DNA of 64,000 bases from Thalia democratica (GCA_965202585.1 OZ241826.1:69626001-69690000); one strand, 5' to 3'; shown: positions 49,976 to 64,000, numbered from the stretch's first letter. Made by a program: numbers and translations. The notes: generated from the letters alone by a model not told the origin.

Positions 49976-52398
49976 AATGAATCCAGTCTTAGATTTTTGC
50001 ACAATATATGTAGTACTAAAAAGTCATTTACTATCTATATTAGATTGCAGGAGAGTTTTTAGTTTACGGGTCATTTTTACCGGAAAGTCTTATGTGGGCC
50101 GGATACATTAACTAAGCTTTTAATGCATTTTTTTTAAAGAAAACTTAGTGCTAGTTGCTTTTTACAGGATGAAAACCATGTATCACGTCAAAGGCTTCTA
50201 CTTTACGGGTTAGGTCCAGCTAATGGAGCGTATGTTGCGCGTTCCTACGATTATGTTCTACTAAATAATTTGTTGAAGTCTGAAAAATGTGTTATTAATT
50301 TTCAGTTCAAACAATCTTGTATAGAACAAGGGTGTACAACATATGGCCTGCAGGTACCTGCTTTTGACAATATTTTTAAAGATAACAATTTTTACCACAG
50401 AAACATATGAAAAAAATAGTAGCAACATATTATTTCTTGGTTAAACTAAAAAAACTGGCTGATAAAATATCCAAAAAACTTGTCAATCCGATAAAAATCT
50501 TTATCGGAAAACCGTTAGAATTAATTAAATATGTATGCCTAATTTAGAAGCATTGGAGGTTTAACCAATACACATTTTTACTACTATTAGTTCACTTTAA
50601 AGCTTATAATCTCTGCAAAATTGTATTCGTTATTATTAAAGAAACTCAGTTGATTATATAATTTAAAGCATAGTAGGTTATGTCTCCTATCAATGAACTC
50701 ATCAAAAATATTTAAATCATTATTATGTATTAAATTTTTTTCATTGGAGTGAAATTATTTATATAGTATTTTTACGTCTGTCTATAATTTTTTTGTTAAA
50801 CTTAAAGTTTACTCTCATATCATAATTTTGGTTTTAAAAGACTTCATATATTCTTCTCGATATATAAGCTATAAACGATGAGTTATTGACAAACAAAACA
50901 CTAAAAACTTGTTCAGCAGTTGTTTTTATTTAGTTGTTTAGCTATAGATCTACCAGATTCACATAATTTATACTCGGATCTTTTTTAAATTTAAGATCCA
51001 GAAATTTTTTCAAACTAAGATCCGGATGTAAAACAGGCAATACCTGATATATCACTCGTATGAACATAGTAAACTATGTTAATTTTTTTCTAATAAGACA
51101 ATGTTCTTTTTAAAGGGAGTCATCTGTTAGGTTTTAAAATAATTTAAACATTCAGCTATATGATAAAAAAAATTAAAACAAGTAATGTTACTTAATGTTT
51201 TAATAACAAACTTATGGCTGAGATTAAACGTAATAAAAGACGGAATAAGTAATAAATGAAGGTATTATGCTACATTTAATAATTGTATAGAAACTTTCAG
51301 CTTGTAAATCTACTAGCCACTTAAAAGTACTGGCTTGTAAAGTTTGATGTTGTTTTTTCATTAACTCGATACACTATCGAAAAACCTTACTGCTGCTTTT
51401 CTAACTAGTTTATTATTACGATCTGTCGAATTGATTTAGTTTTTGTACAAATACAAAACAATTATAAATGCAAGATTAAATTTTAAAATATTAGCTAATG
51501 ATTTAATTTCGAGCTTGTTTGGTAAAAATAAGAAGCTTAAATATAACTCAAACTGTTCAAAGTCTTAAAGTAATTGTAAAGATACAACTATAATATGCAA
51601 CTTTATTTGTAGTTTTAATCGAATCTTCCCTTTTAAGTATTGAAAAAATAGTTTACTTTTAGTCACATGTCAGTTCCAAACCACCAAACTGTAAAGAGAA
51701 GTTATATATGGTATATTTAAATTCTTACTAAAATGTAAATAACTTTTTTAAAGTTTCAGTTAAAAAAAGGAAAATAATTGAACTTCTATCTATTATACTA
51801 ACTAAGTTTTTTAATAAAAAATTATAATTATTGATCATGATTCAAGATCAAAACAATTATAAAAAAAATTAACTAAAACATCATTTGAATACCAAAATAA
51901 AAACTTTTAAATACTACCTTACAGTCAACAGAAACTATAAAAAAATAATTCTTTTAACTGATAATAAACTAGTTATATTCAAACTTAGTGAAAAAAGTAA
52001 ATATGTACTTCTAAATATTATATTTTAAAATACTACTTAGTTGATATTTAAAATAAAATAGATCACAATAAATTATTTTCTTTAATTTCTAATTTTAATA
52101 AAAACAATTCATTTTAAATTAAAAAATAATTTGCATACAGCTACATTTAACTGGTCAAAATTGAAGAAGTCTTTAGAAAACACTTATAAAAATGTTCTAC
52201 GATTTCATTATTCATTTGACTTATAGTGAGCATACTTTTTATTTATAATCATTTATTGAAAGTATGTATAAACTTATAAATAAAAAAACTAATCGAAAAA
52301 AAAAGCTTTTTAAAGCAATTGGTAAACATAATTTATTGAGCTAAATAAATTCACTAAAACAAATTGTTTAATACAATAAGTTGGTTTCAAAAACTTTC

Positions 52399-55300
52399 TT
52401 AACTTCTCCATCTGTAAAATGTTTTTTTTTAATCAAAAAAACAGTAAAAGTTTCATATAGTCAATCAGCTCTAAAATGTAGTTTTTTGAAAACGTTTAAA
52501 ATATACGAAAGTAAAAATTAATTAATTGAACTTTATACTTTATAAGTTAATTTATAACAAAACAATCTAAATATAATGTTGCAAATTTTAATTTTTTCAA
52601 ACTTAAACTGCACAATTTTTTCCCTTACCCTTACTTATTAGTAATAATTGTTATTTTTAATTTATGTCCCTCCCGTGCCTACAACTTTGTTTGTTCACTC
52701 TTAATGTGCTGACATCTTGAATATTTAAGTAATGTGTATTAAACCCAGGTAGAACAACATAAATAATTTTCAGAAAGGGCACTAGAATTAATTGTGAAAA
52801 ATAAAAACTGTTTAATTTGCTTTATTTTTATGTTTATCAATCTTCTTAAGACTACCTATAAAACATTATAGTGTATACTACTTTGGTAATGAAATTTATG
52901 CTGGTTATTAACTGTAGTAAAATAGAAATTTTTACCATAAAAACATGAAACAACAAACTAATCCCATTTAAGCAAAATTTAAACAATTTAAACACAAACA
53001 TTCAATAACATAATAAATTTAGATAGAAACAAACTAACAGTTTAAGCACACAGTCCTTACCACCACTGGCCACCTTCTGACCATCAGTGGACCAATCAAC
53101 AGCGTACACTTCATCTGCGTGACCGGGAAGATCTTCCTTCAATTTCCTCGTTCGCGTGTCCCACACCTGTTTATTGTTCAAGATTGTTGAGTTTGAGGTA
53201 GTTAAAATGTATTAACTTCAAAAAATGCTACAGTAGATTGAAGTATTGCTGCCATTATGGTAAAGCTTTATTTTTTAAAAGTAGTTAAGTTATTTTTAGT
53301 TTATAAAAAAGGCAAACTATAATTACTTGTTTAAACTAAATTTAACTAATATTTTCTGCTACAATGTGAAACAAGTTTAAAAAAATTCACATTTTTTATC
53401 AAAAAAAAAAAACTATAAGTATTAAGAAAAAAATTCTGAAATGTCACAGATCTTACTGTATTTTATAAGATTCTTTATTTCAACTAACGCATTGTAAACC
53501 GTTTCTACTTTAAAAAACTCTTAACATTCAATTAACCTTCAACGTGGAATCCTTACTGCTACTGACTAGTAGCCTGCTGTCACCACTCCATGCAACTTGG
53601 TACACGTAACCCACATGCCCTCTGAATGTGTGAAGAAATCTATACAATAACTTCGTTAAGTTTATAAAATACTTGAAAACCGTTTACGTGACCTATTCTA
53701 GTATCATTATATGCTTTTGTTTTGAAAAAAGGGTTATTTTTAAAGCTTCAAATAACGGTTTATTTTGAAAAAAAACTTGATAAACTAAGTTTATTATTAT
53801 AGTATAATTGTTGTATAATTATGTTTTATAACTTAAGAAAAAGAGCTATTATCAAAAAAAAAAAAAAGAATATGTTATACACTACAAAATGTATGTCTTA
53901 AAAAATTATAAACTATACAACATGATGATTCAGAACTTTTGAAATAAAACAATAAAAAACGATCGAATACAAACTTTCCAGTGCTTCCGTCCCACAGTTT
54001 GACGGACTTGTCGAAACTTGCGGAGGCGATGAGTCTTCCGTCGGGGGAGAACTTGACGTCGTTCACCACCGACTGGTGGCCCCTCATCCTCTCACCGACG
54101 TTCTTCTTGCTCTTGGAAGGCGTCCACAGGTACATGGTGCTGTCGTCCGATGCCGACACCATCAGCTCCTGTCCCGCTATCTGTTGTATGTTTTAGTAAA
54201 ATTTAGTCTTACTAGTTGTTTTGTAAGACATGAAATTTATTTAAATTACATTTTGTTTCATCACTAACATGGAATTTTTTAAACCTTATTAGTGTTGTAA
54301 CTTTTTTAAATTGCATTTCCAAGTTAAGATATTTTATTTTTAAAATATACAATAAAAAGGTAAAATATTATAAACAAAACAATAACCTACTCTAAAAAGT
54401 CACTTTAGTAAACAATGAAGTAAAAATTATAAATCTTAAAGCTAATTATACTATATAATTATGCAACAAATCTAGTTATTATCTAAGTAAAAACAATAAC
54501 ACCACTACCAAGGAGTAAAGTATATCAAAGGAAACAACGTTATGTATCAGATTAACTCAACTTGTAAGTGTTTACTTTAATCTTTAGTAATCTGCAGTAG
54601 TCTTAAGACTATATTTAAAATGATCAGAATGAAAATAACCTTCATGAAATCTTGGTACTTTTTAAGTGCTTTTTCTTGTCTCACTTTAGGTAATTCCTGG
54701 TCGTTAAGGGCAACCCTTCCCGCCTTGGATGGTTCGAAGCTACCCGTTCTCATGACGTAATCGGTGTTAAGGGCCAGCATATTAACCCAATGACCGTGGT
54801 CTTTCAGATCTCGACACAAGATACCCTGTTTGATTTTTTAAAAACTACTTTAACTTAGCTGTAATTATTTTTTGTTGATTTTTTATGTTAAATTCTACAA
54901 CTAATAATAGACATGTAAGACGAAGACATTGTAGTTAGGATAGCAAAATATTAACCACTATGTGAATCATTATATGTTAAATTTGATTCTAACTATATTA
55001 AATGTAACTAAATTATTAATATTTTTATAAACATTTAAAAATATAAATTTAAGCATTTGTTAACAAAGATCCGAGCGAAACAAGTTCACTGTAATATATA
55101 GTTACAACAAATTAAACAGTACTCTTTCTTTAGTACAATAACACACTGAAACATATGTTAGTGTAATAAAGAAAGAATACTGTTTAATTTGTAACTATTA
55201 CTTTTATAAACAAAAACACAAATACTTGGTCAAAAATAATTTAGAATGTTTGTAAACTTTTATATTTTTATATTTATCAAAACAAGACAAACATATAATT

Positions 55301-58300
55301 ATGCAACCTTATAGCAAACATATAAAATCAATATACAGTAACCTCTCGGATCTTTACGCACTCGTGACGTTACGCACTCTCGTTTAGTTACGCATTTCAG
55401 AGTTCTATAAAATTCAGATAATAAAATTTTAATTTTTTTGATATTGCACAACTGAGTTTAATGTATATTTTTAAATTAAAATATGTTTTTGAATGCTAAC
55501 ACACCCCTCTATATTTTTAGACTTTTTAAATTTATTTTCCTTGACTAATTGATAAACATTTAGTTATACCTCAGTATATCAGAAATTTTGTAAACAATAA
55601 GAGATTAAATCAAAATTTTTAAATAAACATGACTTTTTTTAATAATTAAAGTATAATGAAATAATGAGAATTTAAAACACAAAGAAATGATACAGCAGTC
55701 TTGCATTATATACTAATAAACACCATTTTATAATTGTAAAGAAATTCTTAATTATAAATTGAATTTGCTAAGTAGAATAGAATATAAATGTCACATATAA
55801 ATAAAGATAAAGAATATTTCTGCTTATTATTAAAATAGTAAAGTTGTTTCTACTCGTATTATTATTTTATAGAAATTCAAATCCTTTTTTTTTAATATAT
55901 GTATAGTTTTATCTGTTATTTTCATATTTATAAATAAAGTAAACAAATTGTTAAAAGTGGGAAAGTGCCCAGTCTGCTTTTAACTAGAAGCAATATTAAA
56001 AAACAGCCATTTTACTGAGTATATTTGGTACCTCTCGTTTCTTTACGATCTCTCATATCTTTACGCACTTTTTCTGTGGACACAATGTGCGTAAATAAGC
56101 GAGAGGTTACTGTACCGTTCTAACTCACTAAATTGAAACATATTTACAACATAAATGTACAATATTAAACGTTTTATATCGGTAACGGCATTTTAGAATG
56201 TTTTAGTTTACACTTAATCATTTGTAAAAAATAACAATTTTTTTTTAATGGTATAAATGAATAAAAGTAAATAAAATATTTATTTCTAAACATTAAAAAT
56301 GATAAAACAAACATTATCGGCGTTCCACACTTTTATGCTTCTGTCCTTGCTGGCAGTGTAGATAATGCCATGGCAACAGCCTTCCCTTCTCTCGCCCGAC
56401 CATTTCATGGCCCTGATGGCTTGAACGTGTCCTGTTATGTTTGTCACTTTTTGTCCAAGCACCACGTCCCACACTATTGCCGTCCCGTCCTGTGCACGTT
56501 TCAGATTTTTAGATAAAATGTTACGTGTTTTTATACTTCTTAATCAGAAAACTCAGTTTTAAACTTCAGATGCTATTTTTTTATTGGCAACTTCATATAT
56601 TTTTATTATATCAACTAAAAGGTTTTAATTTTGAATAACAACTTAAATTTTCTGAAAAACTTTTTAATAAAGTAAAGGTTTTTTTAGTTACTCAATTAAA
56701 ACGTCAAAGTAAAAAGTCTGAATATAAAACAGGCAATGATAAATATCCAGCTAGTAAGACTTGCAACATAAATGAATAATTTTGTAATTATGCAGTGTAA
56801 AAATTTAATTATTTATAGTCAAAAAAAGTTAGAAAATGCTTTTTTTGACGATTTTTTTGTAAAGTAAACAAAATAACTAAGTTATACGCATACAACGCAT
56901 AATGCTATCAACAACCAAAATATTAACAATAAAAACTGCATTTTGTGAATCATTAACATAAAAATGTTTTATATTAAGTATATTTTCTTATTGTAAAACG
57001 TAAATATACACAAAGTTTACAAAAAAATACAACTAAAAAAGTTTTTAATGGAAACAATAACTATAAACAAGCTTTTAATTAAATGATTTATAATTTCTAT
57101 AATGTGAAATTTATTTATTAAATAAAAAGAACAAATTGACAAAAACACTATACAAAACAGACTTTTTTAAGGACATAGTAGAGAAGGGGGTAAAACACTT
57201 TTTTTTTGAAACTTAGTCTTGTTTTTTACATAATCAATTAAGTTGCTACATAGTTACTTTTTACAGTTTGTTAAAATTCGGAGTAACTTTTGAGATATCA
57301 GCGATAAAAGTTAGAGGGTACAAGAGGTTCCTTAAAGGAAGCGCAAACTAAAAAAGCGAAACTAGACTATTTTATTTAAAATCTATCTCCCATAAGTTTT
57401 TGAGCAATTTTTTCAAAACTTTCTCAGAGTAATCTTTATTCAACAACATAGGAAACAGATTTTTTATTTTTTGAAATATTAATTTATGTAATAAAAAACA
57501 AACAAAAAAAAAACAGACTTTTTTATAATTTTTATTCATAGTTTGTACTTTTTTTAAATCTGTTTCTACAAGTTGTTTGTAATGTAAAAAAAACATTTCC
57601 TGAAAATTTGAAGTAAGTTGCTTTAAAAACAAAGGAGGAGATATATTTTTAGTAAATTTTTCAAGATTCCGAAAAAATATGCTTTTAAAATTTTTGATTC
57701 CAAACAGGTGTATCGGAATTTTTTTTAAACTGGTTATACCTCAAAAGTTATTTGACTTTTTTCAATTCTATAAAAATAATCTTATAGCCCTATAAGCTAA
57801 GCTTTCAAATAAAAGCAAATGTTAATTTTCGGAAAAAAAAAGTTAAACTCCCCTATGCTCTTAGTACAACATAGAATATTAATACAGACGTAAATAAATT
57901 CATAGAGTATATTTATATCCAAAAATACTACTAGGTATAAAATATTGAAATATTTTCTTACCAGTATATTAAACGTTTATAAAACACGTTTATTTACTAA
58001 GTAGTACAATAATGCATAAACAAAAAATAATAAAACTCTGAAAATACTTATAAAAACTTTGCAAACCATAATTTACAATTAAATAAACAGATCAATCGAA
58101 ATTGACTAACGTTGGAGCAGCTAGCGAGGTACCTGCATTCACCGTCGAGATGCAAAGGTTTCCAGCAAAGTGCGAATATGTTGTCTGTTGCCCGGTGGCC
58201 TTTCAAAGTGCTTCCTATTTGCTTGCCCGTGCGCGGATTCCATATACAAACCTTCGAAATATTTGGTTAAGTGTTTATGAATTTATATTACGTGAAATGT

Positions 58301-61300
58301 TGTCTGTGTAATATATTTTTATATTACACAGACACAGCATGGAGTAATCTTTAAAACTTACATGAATAGAAGAAGAAACATACTTTAGAATTCGCTCATA
58401 GTAGTTCAAATCATTGTTTCCAAATATAGATAAAATGATTTTTCAGGGTTGATTATTTTAGGGATAAAACTTTCAACAGAATAAAGAACAAAAAATTGAT
58501 ATTTTATTAAAAACAACACCTAAATAATGGTCATAGATACTTATTATCAATATTTAATTCAATATATAAGTAATTTTAATTGCTGAAATCACATAAAAAT
58601 GGATTCAAAAAATACTTTATATTGTTATTATATTTGTTGAAATTTTATAAAGCTAAAAATTTTTAGTTCAAATAATAACATCCTGATATTTAATTATTGA
58701 AAATATTTTAAAGTTTTTGCCATCAGTATAAATATTTTATTAAAATTATTAATCAATTCTACTTAAGTGTAGAAAAATATTCTAATATTGTTTTATAAAA
58801 GGCTTCTTATTACTAATTAAGAAATCAAAACTATGTCATTTTTTTGTAAACGGACATTGGGTATTAACTGAAGGACTTAAAAAACATTATTTATGTTGAC
58901 CTTAGGCAAACGCTAAAGTATTTTTAGACCACAAGCTATATCCAAACGAATTGATAAAAAAGGTAAAAATAAAGATATAAGTAGTATAAACTTAAAAAAA
59001 ACGAAAAGTTTTACGTTTATTGAATAATTTATAATTTTATATTGAAAGATACCAGGGTTTCAGAGTAAATCACATGGTCCTCATTACAGAAATTTAGGAA
59101 GCCATTAGCTACAAAGGGGGAGGGGGCGTGACTAGTAAAGGAGCCATAGGGGCCATAATTGAAACTTACATTAGATATTCTAGAGTTGATAATAAAAAGC
59201 AAAAAAAAGTTGTTAGGGTATTTCTTGAGAAATATTGTAGGATAGGGCTTTTAACTTTATCCAAAGGGGCTATTATGAAAAAAAGTTTAGGGTACCCTGG
59301 TCAACGCTGTGGTTTAAATTGGTAAAAATAAAGACTTTTAATATATAAAATTATATGAATAGGGTAGCTATGGATGTATCTAACATCTTTGAAATCTTGC
59401 TGTGGAGCGAAATGCATGCTAAATTTAGTCTTAAAACTTTTTTTAGAAAAACTAAAAAACTTAGTTAATAGTCTGTAACATCTATGACATTGTATAGATG
59501 CTCCTTTACTTTTGAGCTACGTGGAGTAGCTAGTTATCAAAAAAGAAAACAAAAATACACCAACAAGAAAGAAAACATTAAAACGAGCTACAATTTCAAA
59601 CTGCAGTAACAAAGTTCACCTCTCCAAAGGCGCCGGTTGCAACTTTCAAACCGTCGGGCGACCACGAAACAACCATCACCTCCCTTCGGTGGCCGGAGCA
59701 GGTGAACCTGGGCGTTTCTGTGCTCAAATCCCACAATCTCATCGTTGTGTCGCCGCTGCCTGTCGCTAGAAACCTGAATGTATGTAAAAAAGTTGTATTA
59801 GTTATTTTCATTGATATCTTGAGAGAGCTGAATCATCTTGCTTCAATTGATTCAAGTGTTTATTTGATTTTATTATAATTGCGAGAAGTAAGACTAATAA
59901 AATTTTTAAATAAACATTAAAGAAGTGTAAAACTTAAAAAACTATAGGTTTAAGGTACAAAAAATATATTTAGATTTTAGATTATTGTGTTAAAACTTCT
60001 TATGAAAAATCGCTAAACATTTAGCAACTAAAACATCGGCGAAAGTCTACAGCGCCTAAGCCTGGACTTTTGTATGCCGTGATACAAGCTCAAGTTTAAC
60101 ATAAGGTTTGATCATACCAATTTAGCCATTGACTCAATTTGTTCTGTAAATAGTTTAAAAAATTGGAAATCAATTCGGGCAAAATGTACTTAACCCATTA
60201 TGATAAAGGTTCTTCGGTTTTAATAATTGTGATAATTACATGATCTGTTTTATATGAAGGAGATGCTTTGGTTTTCAATTGAATAAAATATTACAAAACA
60301 TTTACTTTTGCTGAAGTACTCTACCAATTTATTGCTGGTGAATGTCAGTAAGAATACTACATTATGCTTCATAAACATAACTTTACTGTGTTTAAAAATA
60401 TCTAAACGAGGGGTCATAAAGTTATGAGGTTTTCGCAAATTTTCTTTTGATTTTATGTGTACACTACATTAATAACATCACAAGTTATTTTAAGTTTGTA
60501 AAACTTTTTGTGTAAGTTACTTTGAAAACTTATAACTACAAATAAAAAATATATGCTGCTGGAACTTTTTTTCTAAACTTGAAAATAGTTATCAATTATT
60601 ATCTAAACTTTTATCAGGAAAACTTAAAACACATTTAAAACTTATATTTATATTTTTTATTACAACATATTAACTTTAAACTGCTTGCAGTAACTTTTAA
60701 ATTTCAATTTTGTAAAGCTAAGTTTTTTTTTATGCATTGGTATTCCTCAGTACTTTATTTAAGAAAAAAATTATGTACACAAGACCATTCTCAATAATTT
60801 TCTAAAACAAGTATTTAAATAATTAAAGATTTATAAAGTTAAACTCTTAATAACTTTTGATTTCTGATGTTTTACAACTAATTTAAATCAGCGACTTTAC
60901 ATGAAACATGAAAGTAAAGTTAATTTGAAAACTATGATTAAAGTTAGAAAAAACCTATGTTTAGGTTTTTTCAACAGTTTTTTAAGTAAAACAAATTAAA
61001 ACAGAAACATTTTTTTAGACAAAAATGAACTGTATCAGATCACATACCTAGATGAAGGACTGAATTGTGCTGTCAAAACTGGTTTTGTGTGACCTTGTAT
61101 AGAGGATGAACATCTTGTAACCGCTCTTACCTAAACAGTTTAGTTTGCATATAAAATAATTCTACTAAAAGTTTTATAATCCATTAAAATTCTATAAGAA
61201 ATTAAAGGTGTTTCATATTGTAGTATGAGTGGTGGAGTTATTTTATTTATGAAAACTTAAGTCTTGCCATCAACTTTTATACAACCATTTTTTATATTTT

Positions 61301-62171
61301 TATCAACTTTTCACTAAAATATTTCTGTAATTTTAATCATCAATTTATATGGAGCTAAAAAGTAATTTTCGAGGGTTGTCACTCTTTGAGACAAAAAACC
61401 ACCCCTGGGAGACTAAAGACTAGCCGGAGTTACATCAAACTAGTCAGAGCTAGCTAAAGATTATGAAAAATTTAAAAAGTAAATGGGCCAAAAATTTAAA
61501 ATAATTACTGTTTATCAAGCTTAGAAACCTTAATATACCAAAAAATAGTTATAAATTACAACTTTTAAGAAAAAAAACTTGCAGTTAAAAAAAAATAAAG
61601 AGAGATTTATAAAAAAAAATCTTAAGTAGCTTGAGTTTTACAGAAAAATTAAAAAAACCTTATAGGCTAGGTTTTTTTAAAAAGATCAAACTAGCTTCAG
61701 TTGGCCTGAGTTTAAAAAAATTTCAACTAAAATTATTCTGAGTAGCCTGAAAGTGTGACAAACCTTTTTATAGTAGTTTTGGATCTAGTAATAAGTTAAT
61801 AAAAATAAGTAAAAAAAGCTTTTTTTCAGATTTTTAAAAGCATTTTAAACTAGTTTATTATAAATAAAAGTTATAGCTTAGTTAAAAAAAATAACAGTAC
61901 ATATAACTAAATTTTAATTAAGGAACAAACTCAGTCAGTTAAATGTAAGGGTTTTGGTTATAATTAAAAGTAAAACGGGTGTTATTTTAATATCTGTGTT
62001 TTTGTTATAACAGATAATATACAAAAACAAACTTACTCTAAAAGTTGCCTGTGGCTGATAGACTATCTTTATGCAACCTTCTATAGATATTTTTTGATCA
62101 TCAAGTGATGTTTGTAAGTCTTTTGTTATTTCTTTGTCATTTATGTAAAACGAGTATAGCTGTTTTTCTTC
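52399..62171 (-). CDS. NLE1: Notchless homolog 1 (WD40, 60S biogenesis), 5'-partial, 441 aa: join complement(62037..62171, 61048..61130, 59620..59773, 58111..58251, 56313..56489, 54640..54825, 53975..54180, 53537..53639, 53039..53166, 52399..52411)
   Basis: Contains YQPQATFRVRAVTRCSSSIQGH, LATGSGDTTMRLWDLSTETP, WKPLHLDGECRYLAS, GHWVNMLALNTDYVMRTGSF, ASASFDKSVKLWDG and DLPGHADEVYAVDWSTDGQKVASGGKD. All nine introns are GT-AG and 1326 nt is in frame. The first coding exon was not found in the window. Confidence 0.95.
55336..56112. mobile_element. pogo/Tigger-like (Tc1/mariner superfamily) MITE in an NLE1 intron
   Basis: TIR CAGTAACCTCTCG is perfect for 13 bp and extends imperfectly to ~26 bp (TTTACGCAC). 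It is flanked by TA on both sides (55334-35, 56113-14). Confidence 0.85.
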
Positions 62172-63512
62172 CTGAAATATATATTGTTGAGATATTTATT
62201 TTATGTATATGTATTCAATTAATATCAAAAGTAATTAGTAAAACTATATTTAACCTTTAATTTTTAAAATAGTGCATAAAAAAAAGTTGAAGTATTCATG
62301 TAAAAAACTTAATTAATTGTACATTTTAAATTAGTTCTTTTATACTAAACAAATTAAACACAAAATTAACTATTTAAAAAAAGATTTATCTTTAAACTGA
62401 AAGTATATTTACAATTGAATCTGTTTACTTGATTATAGATATTTTGAAAAAAAAAGAAACTCTTAAAACACAAAAAAATAGTAAAGATAAACTTAAGTAG
62501 TTGCTAAGAAACATAAGGGATTTAATCTTAAAGCAATCAAGTATTTTGAAAAAAAATTGTCTAAAATTAAACACATATTTATACAGATAATCTTTGTATT
62601 CTAAAGGCTATTTGAATATTTAATCAAATTTATTGTACTTTAAGTGTTTGAAATAACTAAACTGTATTGACATTTAGTTCATATCATAGAATTTGTAATT
62701 TAAAACTTTTAAAAAGTCAAAAAACTAAAAGAGGTGCAATGTAAATAAAAATGAAAAAATAAAATTTAACAGAGTTTACTTCTTCAACATTTAGAATACT
62801 GCGACTAATGTTTCTCAATTTTTAAATAGGTTGCAGTGATTACTAAACTAAAACTTTTTTTTAACTTTTATTAGCAATTTTCATTAAAAATAAAACATTG
62901 AATCAACGTTTTACTGATTTGTAGAAGTATTGTTTATTCAATTTTTATGTCATTTATAAATTAAATACACTAATAGCTGTACTTCTTTGTATCACTTCAT
63001 AATTTTTTTGTGAAAAAAGCATATTAATTTATTTTTCACTTAAAATACAGTTGGCTAATTTTAGAGTAAAACTTAACATTCCAAGTTTAAAAGCTGTTAC
63101 AGAGTATTCTTTTTTTTACTTTTTATTTAGTTATACACCTACAAAGGTTTTTAATGTATAACTCAATTTTCATCACATAGGTAATATTATTTATACTATT
63201 CTATATTTAAGGGGTTGCCAGCCTTTGAGATATAAAAGCTATCCTGAAAAATCATCAAGCTAGCTTGAGTCAGCCTGAGTTTATAAAAAATGAGAAAATA
63301 ATTAAAATGAGCTAAGAACTGAAAAAATATTGTTCAATCAAGCATACTTAAAAACAGAAAATTAAAAACAATACAATTTAAATAAAACACAATTTTTTAG
63401 ATTTTAAGTTGTAAAAAACTAGCATAAGATTTAGGAAAATGACTAAAATAGCATAAGTCAGCCTGAGTTTTTCAAAGAGTTCAAAATAGCCTTAGTTATG
63501 CTGAGTTTGTTC

Positions 63513-64000
63513 TATGTCGGCTTGTGCTCGACTCAGTTTAGATTCAGGTATGCCAATCATAAAAAATCTTTTAAAGGCGGCATATATGAAAATGACACTG
63601 AATTTTCGAATTATGTTTGTGGCTTAAAGCGCAGCGGCATTGACTTTGAAATATCCTAGGAAGTTATAAAAAGAGCACAGCCTATAGCTGACGGTAATAG
63701 CCCAATATGTAGGCTGTGTCTCAAAGAAGCAACAGCCGTTGTATATGCACTGAAAGACAAAAGATGCCTAAATAAAAGAAGCGAGTTTGTATCGTCCTGT
63801 AGACATATAAAAAAATCGCTTTTAAAGTTTAACAAGTTTTAATTTCATCTTAAAATAATCTAAATTTTAATTTGTATCTTAATTTTATCTTTATCTCCTT
63901 CAATTATCTGTCCTAATGTATAGTTACTTACTGAAGTTTTATGAATTTTTGCAAGTTTATTGTCGATTGGTAAATTAATTTTTGCACAAGCTGTTTTGCA
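63513..64000 (+). mobile_element. Penelope-like (Neptune-type) element 3' fragment, running off the window
   Basis: YVGLCSTQFRFRYANHKKSF...EIS*EVIKRAQP...CRLCLKEATAVVY...CLNKRSEFVSSCRH (to stop at 63842) has the same C-terminal pattern as the 30-32 kb element but is a distinct family. Confidence 0.8.

Noticed and set aside
53981-58311. + strand ORFs 53981..54196 and 58102..58311, and - strand ORF 54076..54267
   Set aside because: They overlap NLE1 exons in antisense or off-frame.
59050-60440. Intronic snoRNA candidates in NLE1 introns and a possible ACCAGGGT-ended MITE at ~59052..59302
   Set aside because: No convincing C/D or H/ACA box set was found. The putative TIR is only 8 bp with no TSD.
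62200-64000. Search for the first coding exon of NLE1
   Set aside because: No frame resembling the N-terminal NLE ubiquitin-like domain was found. It probably lies beyond the window.

Overview
64 kb of very AT-rich animal (invertebrate) nuclear DNA with GT-AG introns; the taxon cannot be fixed from sequence alone. I reconstructed seven protein-coding genes by hand from splice sites and phase continuity: an unrecognised coiled-coil gene (-), an ABRA/Costars-family gene (+), MRPL10 and TMEM126 (+, operon-like pair), COG7 (-, 8 exons), a degenerate PNPO-like ORF (-), and NLE1/Notchless (-, first coding exon not found in the window). Intergenic and intronic DNA is rich in transposon relics: four Penelope-like (GIY-YIG) retroelement fragments, an RTE-type LINE remnant, a pogo-like MITE, hAT-like MITEs and foldback-like elements. 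The most unusual observations are a Penelope-borne minimal hammerhead ribozyme with a swapped G3-C8 core pair inside an ~810-bp inverted duplication, a MITE family with 6-bp target duplications, 15 of 25 introns with GTT donors, and strong exon-to-exon GC mosaicism within single genes. No rRNA, tRNA or CRISPR array was recognised. Family assignments are from remembered motifs, not database searches.
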